Positions 18,887 through 25,641 of a DNA stretch of 33,146 nucleotides are shown here, piece by piece (within the stretch, counting starts at the first letter, position 1; each line of letters begins with the position of its first letter). Under the pieces are notes generated by a model, which saw only the letters and a list, made by a program, of their open reading frames with translations, had not been told where the DNA came from and ran no database searches. Source of the DNA: a virus (Duplodnaviria; Caudoviricetes); IMG/VR virus record IMGVR_UViG_3300025018_000369, positions 1 to 33,146 of that record; one strand, given 5' to 3'. The position numbers and the translations under genes were made by a program.

Positions 18887-18898
18887 ATACCAAAGGTA

Positions 18899-19411
18899 AT
18901 GAAAAATCAACAGAAGATTAACGCTTGGTTCGGGAAATTCGACCAACAGTTCCAAGAAGCCATACCTACTTATGTGGGCAATGAGGCAGAGCTGTTCTTT
19001 AAATCCAAATTTGATACTCAGGAATGGGACGGGGTTCCGTGGAAGAACCTAAGCCCTGGGTACGCCAAACAAAAGAACAGGCCCAATACCGGTATACTTA
19101 CCCGTTCACGGGCTTTGTTCCGTTCTATTGGGGTTACGCACATTTCACCAAGAAGAGTAGTGATATCGGCGGGCAACGCAAGCGTTCCCTATGCCAGGAT
19201 ACATAACGAGGGGCTAAAGGTTACGGGCATCAGAAATGTTAGGACGTTCACCAATACCAATTTTATGGGCAAGGGCAAACCGGTAAAAATAAGTGCGCAT
19301 AAACGTTCCGTAAATTACCAAATGCCCCGAAGGCAGTTTATAGGCCATTCGCCTTTGCTCAACAACGCCATTAGGGAGCGTCTTATAAGGGAGTTCAACA
19401 ACAGAAAATAA
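18899..19411 (+). CDS. Phage virion morphogenesis protein (Mu gp31 / P2 gpS-like)
   Basis: WDGVPW...ILTRSRALFRSI...PYARIHNEG...MPRRQFIG; start reassigned to ATG 18899 (170 aa). Confidence 0.88.
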   Translation: MKNQQKINAWFGKFDQQFQEAIPTYVGNEAELFFKSKFDTQEWDGVPWKNLSPGYAKQKNRPNTGILTRSRALFRSIGVTHISPRRVVISAGNASVPYARIHNEGLKVTGIRNVRTFTNTNFMGKGKPVKISAHKRSVNYQMPRRQFIGHSPLLNNAIRERLIREFNNRK

Positions 19412-19415
19412 GATT

Positions 19416-19853
19416 ATGAAAACATTATTTAAAGCAATAACCGCGCAATTGGATACCATTCCAGAACTTAAATGGGTAGATGAGGATAAGGGGCAAATGA
19501 ATTTTGAAAGGCCGCCAATTCTGTTCCCTGCAGCTTTGGTTACCATTGCCTTGCCAAGGACCAGGAACCTAACGGACAAAAAGCAGGATACAAATGCATT
19601 GATCAGCGTAAAGCTCTGTTTTGATTATTCTGGGGAAACCAGTATGGTAACTCCCACGGTTGCCAGAGACAAGAGTTTGGGGTATTATGATATTGTGGAA
19701 AAAGTGTACAAGGCCCTGCAGGGATTCTCTACCGAAAATTTTAATCCCTTGGTAAGGAACAATGTCCAACCATTGCCCAGACCGGACGGCTATAAGACTA
19801 CGGTAATACCGTTTACAACGGAATTTCTGGACTTTTCTGCGGCGGAAGTGTAA
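19416..19853 (+). CDS. Mu gp37-like tail terminator/completion protein
   Basis: IPELKWVDEDKGQM...PPILFPAALV...VYKALQGF motifs; synteny. Confidence 0.7.
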   Translation: MKTLFKAITAQLDTIPELKWVDEDKGQMNFERPPILFPAALVTIALPRTRNLTDKKQDTNALISVKLCFDYSGETSMVTPTVARDKSLGYYDIVEKVYKALQGFSTENFNPLVRNNVQPLPRPDGYKTTVIPFTTEFLDFSAAEV

Positions 19854-20172
19854 TGCGCCCACTCCAATCCATATAAGGGTACAAGCGGCGCAGCTCGCTG
19901 GTGGTAATCTCCTTTTCTACAAGGCGGTTAATGTAGGCCAGGCGTTTCTTAAGACAGTTCACAATTTGGTTTACACCAAGGTCGAACTCAATGGAAAGTG
20001 CCAAAAGGCTGTCATCATATCTAAGGCGGCAAATGGTAGCGTGGTAGTAATACCTGGAGGCCATTTTATCGTGCCGGCGTTCCAGGAACATGTTGCGCTG
20101 TCCTACCTCACCATCATTGTTAATGGAACTGGGTACCAAGGAATTGTACAAGAGTTGTTTACCGGCTTTCAT
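19813..20172 (-). CDS. Putative late-gene transcriptional activator (Mor/C-position HTH protein)
   Basis: RHDKMASRYYYH...LRYDDSLLALSIEFDLGVNQI helix-turn-helix-like pattern; last gene of the early-strand block. Function inferred. Confidence 0.55.
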   Translation of the reverse strand: MKAGKQLLYNSLVPSSINNDGEVGQRNMFLERRHDKMASRYYYHATICRLRYDDSLLALSIEFDLGVNQIVNCLKKRLAYINRLVEKEITTSELRRLYPYMDWSGRITLPPQKSPEIPL

Positions 20173-20192
20173 TAGAACAAAAATAGTTATTT

Positions 20193-20744
20193 TTATGGAA
20201 TCACCTCATACTCCTTGTTGATGAGTATATTGTAAATGGTATCCATCATATTCTCCTTATGTCCATCATTGTAGGTAAAAACAGCCTTCATAAATACCTT
20301 TGAATCATATATACTATCGTATATCCTTGTATCAATTGCCTTTTCAATCGAATCTATTTTTACATTAAGTTGTTTCATTTGTGCAATGAGTTTTTCCTGA
20401 TCTTCCTTTATATATTCTATTTCTAATTGTTTCGCGGCAACATTAAACATGTTCATGCCTTCACCTATGCGTTCCAATTTTCTATTTTTTTCCTGACCCT
20501 CTGTAGTTAATTCTTTGAGTTCCTGAACTAAAGGTCCAATTAGTTTAGCATATTCTACATCACCTCCTGATATTTTGTGCATTTCAATAATATCTAATTC
20601 CATAAAATCTATATTGCTAACATTATCCTTAAATGCTTTATCTCTTATATGCTGTTTTATATTTTCTACTACAATTTCTTTCTTGCTTTTTGTACAACTG
20701 ACAACAGTAATCAATAGTATCCCGATAATAAATATCCCTTTCAT
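20193..20744 (-). CDS. AT-rich lipoprotein (moron)
   Basis: MKGIFIIGILLITVVS-C lipoprotein signal, coiled coil, visibly lower GC than neighbours; start at ATG 20744 (183 aa). Confidence 0.75.
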   Translation of the reverse strand: MKGIFIIGILLITVVSCTKSKKEIVVENIKQHIRDKAFKDNVSNIDFMELDIIEMHKISGGDVEYAKLIGPLVQELKELTTEGQEKNRKLERIGEGMNMFNVAAKQLEIEYIKEDQEKLIAQMKQLNVKIDSIEKAIDTRIYDSIYDSKVFMKAVFTYNDGHKENMMDTIYNILINKEYEVIP

Positions 20745-20777
20745 AATTATGAGGTTTAAGTATGGACTAAAAATAAC

Positions 20778-20807
20778 AAAACCCGCCAAATGTAGCGGGT
20801 TTTTTTT
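20778..20807. terminator. Bidirectional intrinsic terminator whose loop is a minus-strand TAnnTTTG box
   Basis: AAAACCCGC-CAAATGTA-GCGGGTTTT plus T run; the loop reads TACATTTG on the minus strand. Confidence 0.75.
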
Positions 20808-20829
20808 AGGGAAACATGTAGTTTAGTAG

Positions 20830-21063
20830 TTATTGCTTGGTCGCTTCTTTGGGAAACAGGGCGCGTTCTGCCTGTTCCGGGCTAAGTTCCAGGTCCCGGA
20901 GCAGGTTCAATACCATGTACTGCCCAAAATCTGCGGTAGAGTCCTCGTGCCTCTCCGTAAGCACGTCTATTATGCCGGTCCTAAGGCTTACATAATCTTC
21001 GCCCGTCCTTAAACCCTGCATGGTAATCACCATTTTGCCGTTTTCATCTACATATACGCTCAT
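20830..21063 (-). CDS. Hypothetical protein (antirepressor cassette)
   Basis: 77 aa, ATGA-coupled to the upstream gene. Confidence 0.7.
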   Translation of the reverse strand: MSVYVDENGKMVITMQGLRTGEDYVSLRTGIIDVLTERHEDSTADFGQYMVLNLLRDLELSPEQAERALFPKEATKQ

Positions 21064-21305
21064 AAGTCTAATTCTTTAAAATAGTTTGCAACCCCTATAG
21101 TAACTATCTTGGATATCTCCTCCGCTTCTTTCTCCGGAGGCAGTAGCTTTGTGGCCTTATGGTATAGCATCATTTTGGCAAATGAATATTCATCTACCAA
21201 ATAATCGTTTACGACTGTGCCATCATCTGCCTTTTCAACAAATTTCAACTCCAGTTCAAACTCCAAGCCGCATGAATTAGTATGTGTATGTATCTTGGTA
21301 CTCAT
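21060..21305 (-). CDS. Hypothetical protein (antirepressor cassette)
   Basis: 81 aa, ATGA-coupled on both sides. Confidence 0.65.
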   Translation of the reverse strand: MSTKIHTHTNSCGLEFELELKFVEKADDGTVVNDYLVDEYSFAKMMLYHKATKLLPPEKEAEEISKIVTIGVANYFKELDL

Positions 21306-21931
21306 ATTGCAAGGCTTTTTGGTGTTTGTAGATCAAGTTTTAACTGATACAAGCCTTTTTGGCCCTCCAGGTACTTGGCAAATTCAATGGTTATGAAGTT
21401 TTGCCCAAAGAACTTATTAAATTGATTGGGAAACCTTCTCTTACGTGCGGCAACACTACCGCTCGTCGTGCTAAATCCCAAGGTTTTAAGTACCTCCAAA
21501 TAGTTGTAGTAGGCCACTCCTTTTATAACCAACGGTACAACGCCCCTAAAAGGTTTGTAAATTTCAAATTTGCCGGTAATTGCGCTTTTCAATGCGTGGT
21601 TACAGGCCAAATAAAAGTCAGGGGAAAGCCATTGTGCAAATATTAAGGCTAAATCTTCATGTAACCAGGTACCTCTGTTTGTACCTCCATGCTTAACTAA
21701 CTGTAAATCAGTCAAGGCGAGATTTCTCCCCTTACTCAAAGCATTCAACAACTCATTGAACTGCTGGGTGATAAGCCAATCTCTTGTTCTTTTATCAAAT
21801 GGTTTGGCCATTTGGGTAATGTTGACCATGTTATGGCCGTTCTTTTCTCGGTAGGAGACGTTAAAGCCTTCCCACATTAACAAAGTGTGCTCGTTTTGGG
21901 CCGGAGCTTGGCCTTTTCTCAATGCATTCAT
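21302..21931 (-). CDS. KilA-N domain protein (antirepressor-like)
   Basis: MVNITQMAKPFDKR..DWL...GGTNRGTWLHEDLALIFAQWLSPDF is the KilA-N signature. Confidence 0.9.
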   Translation of the reverse strand: MNALRKGQAPAQNEHTLLMWEGFNVSYREKNGHNMVNITQMAKPFDKRTRDWLITQQFNELLNALSKGRNLALTDLQLVKHGGTNRGTWLHEDLALIFAQWLSPDFYLACNHALKSAITGKFEIYKPFRGVVPLVIKGVAYYNYLEVLKTLGFSTTSGSVAARKRRFPNQFNKFFGQNFITIEFAKYLEGQKGLYQLKLDLQTPKSLAI

Positions 21932-22090
21932 AATCTGACAATTTTATGTATGCGGCACGCCACTGACGGGTTGTCAGACCATTACGAGAATGGAATGTCC
22001 GCCTTTCGGTTGAGACACCCGGGTGGGCGTGCCTATCGTTAAAATAAAGTTTCGAGATTTCTCTCGTAATAGTCTGACGATACAAACATA
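21932..22090 (-). promoter_or_regulatory. Promoter (TATGTTTG) and structured 5' leader of the KilA-N gene
   Basis: -7 box 22090-22083; 17-bp stem 22078-22062/21989-21973 with a G-U pair on the minus strand; two GAAA tetraloop hairpins; alternative 8-bp pairing next to the start codon. Confidence 0.7.
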
Positions 22091-22141
22091 CAAATTAATT
22101 TTTAGTTTTCAGCTTATATTTTAATTTATCAGCGGTTTTGC

Positions 22142-22324
22142 TTATAGCAGTTTTCGTATGGCTCCTCTAAGTTGGTGAAGCTGTACGTCTATATTCTCCA
22201 GATCGTTGGCGGCCCATTCAATATCCTGGAGCAGTTCCGGTTCCTCCAATATTTTGGACACACGCTCGTGTTCCTTTACCAGTTGGGCAATGCGGGCCTC
22301 CAATGTTTTTATGGCGTAGTACAT
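22142..22324 (-). CDS. Hypothetical coiled-coil protein
   Basis: 60 aa, preceded by an A-rich initiation region (AACTTAAAAACAAATG). Confidence 0.65.
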   Translation of the reverse strand: MYYAIKTLEARIAQLVKEHERVSKILEEPELLQDIEWAANDLENIDVQLHQLRGAIRKLL

Positions 22325-22351
22325 TTGTTTTTAAGTTATTTAGTTTTAAAA

Positions 22352-22380
22352 CCCCTCCCCTTGGGGGAGGTTGGGAGGGG
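22352..22380. repeat. REP-like GC-rich palindrome
   Basis: CCCCTCCCCTTGGGGGAGGTTGGGAGGGG with nested inverted repeats; resembles interspersed palindromes of Flavobacteriaceae (from recall). Confidence 0.6.
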
Positions 22381-22490
22381 CTTTTCATGCCTTTGCTTTA
22401 AGAGGTCGCTTTCCATGATGTACCAACGCCCTTTTTTTAATTGTTGTCTTTTGCCATGTTGGCAAGGTCTGCGGTGTTAAAAATTGCTTA

Positions 22491-22557
22491 GGTGGGAGCT
22501 GCAGTTCGTGTTCGTGTTCCAGTCGTTGACATCGTTCAACGCCCAGCCGGAGGCCGA
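22491..22557 (-). repeat. DGR template repeat (TR)
   Basis: TCG GCC TCC GGC TGG GCG TTG AAC GAT GTC AAC GAC TGG AAC ACG AAC ACG AAC TGC AGC TCC CAC C; intergenic, AAC-rich; differs from the two coding copies almost only at adenines; followed by TTGCCA-ACA-TGGCAA hairpin (22451-22465). Confidence 0.93.
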
Positions 22558-22591
22558 AACGGACAACAGCTTCAATGCACAACCTTAATTT

Positions 22592-22957
22592 TTAGAGTGT
22601 TCTGGTATAGACTTCCTTAAACCTATCCCAGGCATCGTTGGCGATCGCCCGAGTTCTAAAAACTCGGCGGGAGCCGCAGAACGTGCGCGTGCGCCAGTCG
22701 AGGACAGCGCGCAACGCCCAGCCGGAGGCCGACTTATAATACACATGCTCATATTTATACTGATCAGTGTTGTCATAGTCAGGAAACCACTCTTTGTCCA
22801 GACCCTCATTGTTTAGGGCCTTGGTAAGTACCTCGGCTTCAAAATCGGCTATTACCGATTTTTGGAATGCCTCCGGAAGCATTGAAACATCCGGCCTTAC
22901 ATTTGGGTCCAAGCCCAAAGCTTGGAATGCATCTTCTAACGTGTCTATCTTGCTCAT
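22592..22957 (-). CDS. DGR target protein 1 (small early protein)
   Basis: 121 aa, contains VR1 (SASGWALRAVLDWRTRTFCGSR); paralogous to target 2. Confidence 0.88.
   Translation of the reverse strand: MSKIDTLEDAFQALGLDPNVRPDVSMLPEAFQKSVIADFEAEVLTKALNNEGLDKEWFPDYDNTDQYKYEHVYYKSASGWALRAVLDWRTRTFCGSRRVFRTRAIANDAWDRFKEVYTRTL
22666..22732 (-). repeat. DGR variable repeat VR1
   Basis: 67-bp ungapped match to TR with 13 mismatches, all at TR adenines; followed by hairpin CCGAGTT-TTTAG-AACTCGG (22667-22649). Confidence 0.93.
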
Positions 22958-22962
22958 TTTTC

Positions 22963-23427
22963 TTATTTTATTAGGTTAATATATATGTGTGAAAATTTGT
23001 TCCAGGCATCTTCGGCATGCTTTCTATTTTGAAAATAAAGGCGGGAGCCGCAGTACGTGCTCGTGACCCGGCCGATGACACCGCCCAACGCCCAGCCGGA
23101 GGCCTTTTTCTCATAAACATGACAATATTTAGATTGGCTACTATCGTCCCAATCAAGTACCTTGCCCTCATTGTAACATCTTGAGATAAGCAATGCCTGC
23201 CTCAATGCGTTTGCGGCAATATCATCAGGGTCGGAGCTTTTACACTCATAATCTTCCGGGTCCTTGCCCATTTCGGCGCATATATCCTCAAATGTTTGTA
23301 TGCGCTGCATAATGTCTTTTTGAAATACCTTTTTCCCCAATAAGTCCTCAAGCAACTTTTTGCCTGAACTTTTGGCATTCTCGTGGGCCGCTATGGCCGC
23401 ATCCTTTTTAATCTGTAGTGTTTCCAT
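22963..23427 (-). CDS. DGR target protein 2 (small early protein)
   Basis: 154 aa, contains VR2 (ASGWALGGVIGRVTSTYCGSR); shares TFEDIC..G.DP, NEG, DWD..Q.KY and DAW motifs with target 1. Confidence 0.88.
   Translation of the reverse strand: METLQIKKDAAIAAHENAKSSGKKLLEDLLGKKVFQKDIMQRIQTFEDICAEMGKDPEDYECKSSDPDDIAANALRQALLISRCYNEGKVLDWDDSSQSKYCHVYEKKASGWALGGVIGRVTSTYCGSRLYFQNRKHAEDAWNKFSHIYINLIK
23040..23104 (-). repeat. DGR variable repeat VR2
   Basis: 65-bp ungapped match to TR with 12 mismatches, 11 at TR adenines and one T>C. Confidence 0.92.
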
Positions 23428-23443
23428 AAATTATATATTGATT

Positions 23444-23890
23444 TTAAAATTCATCCTCCCACCGTCTTTTCTTTAGGTAGCGGTTGGGGTCTACCTTGGT
23501 TTTCCAAGTATTAAGGCGCAAATGGTTGTTGTAGCGGCGTATGCCTTCCAAGGCCTTTATTTTGTCCGCATCGGTAAGCTTTTTCCAATCTTCCCTGGTC
23601 TCCGCCTTTCGGTTCTTGTGGGCGTAGGCTTCCCAAAAGGCCTCAAAGGAAATGTCCGGGAAACCTGTGGTAATCTCAAAGTTGGCCTTAAGCTTCAACT
23701 GCCAATCTCCTATCATCTTTTCTATTACGGGGAAATTCCCTTCCATGAACAACCAACGGGACTGCCTTTGGGACAGTTTCCCCTCCAACACGGTAAAGCT
23801 GTATAGATCACCGTTTAAATGATATTTAAACACCCATACATCCGTACTGGATTTGGCCTTTATGGTATAGGTAGTAAATTGCTCTTTCAT
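23444..23890 (-). CDS. Conserved phage hypothetical protein
   Basis: 148 aa; FEAFWEAYAHK..K...WKKL...K..AL motif like helical domains of phage replication proteins. Confidence 0.7.
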   Translation of the reverse strand: MKEQFTTYTIKAKSSTDVWVFKYHLNGDLYSFTVLEGKLSQRQSRWLFMEGNFPVIEKMIGDWQLKLKANFEITTGFPDISFEAFWEAYAHKNRKAETREDWKKLTDADKIKALEGIRRYNNHLRLNTWKTKVDPNRYLKKRRWEDEF

Positions 23891-24210
23891 GCCAGTTTTT
23901 GGTTAAGCTCATCTGCGAAGGCAGATATTAAACTTTGCTCATAACTTGCCTCCTCTCCAAATAGCCAGTCCCTTAACCACTCTTCTAAAATATCCGCCTC
24001 GTGGTACTTTAGGGAGATGCTTACCGTTTTGGTGAATTCTGAGGTACCAACCTCTTTGTTCAGCATTTTTTTGCGTACCTCCCGGAGTATGGATCGGGAT
24101 GCTTGCTCCTTTCTGTCTTTAGGAGGTTCAAAGCCCATAACGGCAAAGGTGCCGTTCACCGCCTTAAGCTTGTCTACTTTAATCTTTTTTATCTTAATGG
24201 GTTCCATCAT
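23887..24210 (-). CDS. Hypothetical protein
   Basis: 107 aa, tightly packed in the early operon. Confidence 0.7.
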   Translation of the reverse strand: MMEPIKIKKIKVDKLKAVNGTFAVMGFEPPKDRKEQASRSILREVRKKMLNKEVGTSEFTKTVSISLKYHEADILEEWLRDWLFGEEASYEQSLISAFADELNQKLA

Positions 24211-24211
24211 T

Positions 24212-24355
24212 TTAACATTCGGTTATAGAGTACAATGACTTATTACAATGCCCGCAACGGGCTTCTATGGTCTCGCAGGTAACGCAGGAACTGGTGACAG
24301 TTATAGTATACTCGTGCGCGCACAGTTCCTGCAGTATTTTTAGGTACCAGGGCAT
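24212..24355 (-). CDS. Small Cys-rich (zinc-finger-like) protein, 47 aa
   Basis: Below ORF-track cutoff; MPWYLKILQELCAHEY...CVTC...RCGHCNK...EC; TAATG-coupled to the upstream gene and fills the gap exactly. Confidence 0.65.
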   Translation of the reverse strand: MPWYLKILQELCAHEYTITVTSSCVTCETIEARCGHCNKSLYSITEC

Positions 24356-24696
24356 TAGTTGGCTAGCTTTAGTTCCAGGCAATCTAAGTCCAGTTCCTTA
24401 ACGCTGTGGTAGTAGGGCATCTTTAGGTTCAGCACTAGGTCTATTTCTAAGTTGGCCCCTTTGCTATGGGCCACATCTGGAAGGAGTAATATGGCATCGC
24501 AATCCATTAAGGCCTTTATGCATATACGCATGGCCACTTCCCAGGAAACATCAAACGATCCAACCACCTCCAAAGGGTTAACAGCCTCATATCCCAAAGC
24601 CTCTATTTCCTTTTGTGCCGTGCCGAACTTCATGGTGCATTCGGCTACCGGTTCCCCGGATACCTTGCCAGCTATATAAACTTTTATTTTTTTCAT
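24355..24696 (-). CDS. DUF4406 family protein (nucleoside 2-deoxyribosyltransferase-like fold)
   Basis: KVYIAGKVSG...AVNPL...MRICIKALMDCDAILLLPD..HSKGANLE signature. Confidence 0.88.
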   Translation of the reverse strand: MKKIKVYIAGKVSGEPVAECTMKFGTAQKEIEALGYEAVNPLEVVGSFDVSWEVAMRICIKALMDCDAILLLPDVAHSKGANLEIDLVLNLKMPYYHSVKELDLDCLELKLAN

Positions 24697-24697
24697 C

Positions 24698-25006
24698 TTA
24701 CTTAACTTTTGAGGTCAATGCCAGGAATACGCACAGCGTAGTTATTTTAAGGTCTCCAGTATAACGGACGGTTAGAATGGTCTTTTCGTGTTTCTCTACC
24801 CGGACGTTTATGTAACTTTCGTTAACAAATTCGGCATACACCTTAAAGCCCTTGAAGTGGATAACGTTCTGCTTTAATTTTGGCTTTAGTTTCTTCTTAA
24901 GAAAGGCGGTCCAAATGTCCTGCATTACTTTTTTCCAGTCGTTGTACAGTTCCCTGGTAATGCCAAGCTCTTTTAGTTCTTGATCGGTAATTTCATTTTT
25001 TTGCAT
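24698..25006 (-). CDS. Hypothetical protein
   Basis: 102 aa in the early operon. Confidence 0.6.
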   Translation of the reverse strand: MQKNEITDQELKELGITRELYNDWKKVMQDIWTAFLKKKLKPKLKQNVIHFKGFKVYAEFVNESYINVRVEKHEKTILTVRYTGDLKITTLCVFLALTSKVK

Positions 25007-25316
25007 GTTCCTTGAATCTTTTTTGCACCATGTTCTCCAGTGCGGTTATGGTAATACTTGTTTCGGACGGTTCTGTTGGTCTGGGCTTGTCCATTTCCCT
25101 CAACGGTTTTTGTATTGGGGCCTTATCGCTCTGCAGCCATTGACCAAAGCGTTCTATATCTGCGTAGCTACGTCCTGTTTGGTGGTTTATGGTCTCCCAA
25201 CCCAATTGCCTTAAAAGGCTAAGGATGTATTTGTGCTTACTGTCCGAGGCATAGAACATGCCCCAATATTTGGGCGTTTTCTTAAAGGCGTTCCAGGATT
25301 TGTAATCAAAGCTCAT
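24993..25316 (-). CDS. Phage protein, possibly distantly GemA/gp16-like
   Basis: Start reassigned to ATG 25316 (MSFDYK, 107 aa); KYILSLLRQLGW...WLQSDKAPIQKPLREM...ITALENMV. Confidence 0.6.
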   Translation of the reverse strand: MSFDYKSWNAFKKTPKYWGMFYASDSKHKYILSLLRQLGWETINHQTGRSYADIERFGQWLQSDKAPIQKPLREMDKPRPTEPSETSITITALENMVQKRFKEHAKK

Positions 25317-25432
25317 AGGTAGTCCTTTAACAGATAGAATAGTATAACGGCCAAGGTGGAGGCACTGGCAACGGCGCAGCAAACTAGAATGGTATCCCGT
25401 AGGTAAAACCAAATAATTTTAAGTTTTTTCAT
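25313..25432 (-). CDS. Small membrane protein, 39 aa
   Basis: MKKLKIIWFYLRDTILVCCAVASASTLAVILFYLLKDYL; ATGA overlaps with both neighbours. Confidence 0.65.
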   Translation of the reverse strand: MKKLKIIWFYLRDTILVCCAVASASTLAVILFYLLKDYL

Positions 25433-25629
25433 ATCTCGTTATTTAATTGGGTGTTCAAACAATCGTTAAAGCCTCTGGAATAGGCCGCTTTTTCATTTTC
25501 CATGACCAAGGCCTCCATATCCTCTATGAACTTTAAAAGGTGGCCCACGCTCTGTGCGCGTATGCCGTAGGAGCTCATTAGGGTTCCTATGTCGTGGCCG
25601 GTATTTTGGTTATGGATGTCCTTTTTCAT
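25429..25629 (-). CDS. Hypothetical protein
   Basis: 66 aa in the early operon. Confidence 0.6.
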   Translation of the reverse strand: MKKDIHNQNTGHDIGTLMSSYGIRAQSVGHLLKFIEDMEALVMENEKAAYSRGFNDCLNTQLNNEI

Positions 25630-25641
25630 GGTGGTTAAATA

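Noticed and set aside
18815-18898. N-terminal 28 codons of the 198-aa ORF
   Set aside because: The extension is not protein-like and overlaps the structured antisense element; ATG 18899 fits the family better.
22385-22582. 65-aa ORF over the TR as an Avd or RT fragment
   Set aside because: It is an off-frame reading of TR and spacer, with no helical-bundle or RT motifs.
22491-23104. Three GCCCAGCCGGAGGCC-containing repeats as a CRISPR array
   Set aside because: Spacing is irregular, two copies are coding, and mismatches are adenine-specific, which indicates a DGR; there are no cas genes.
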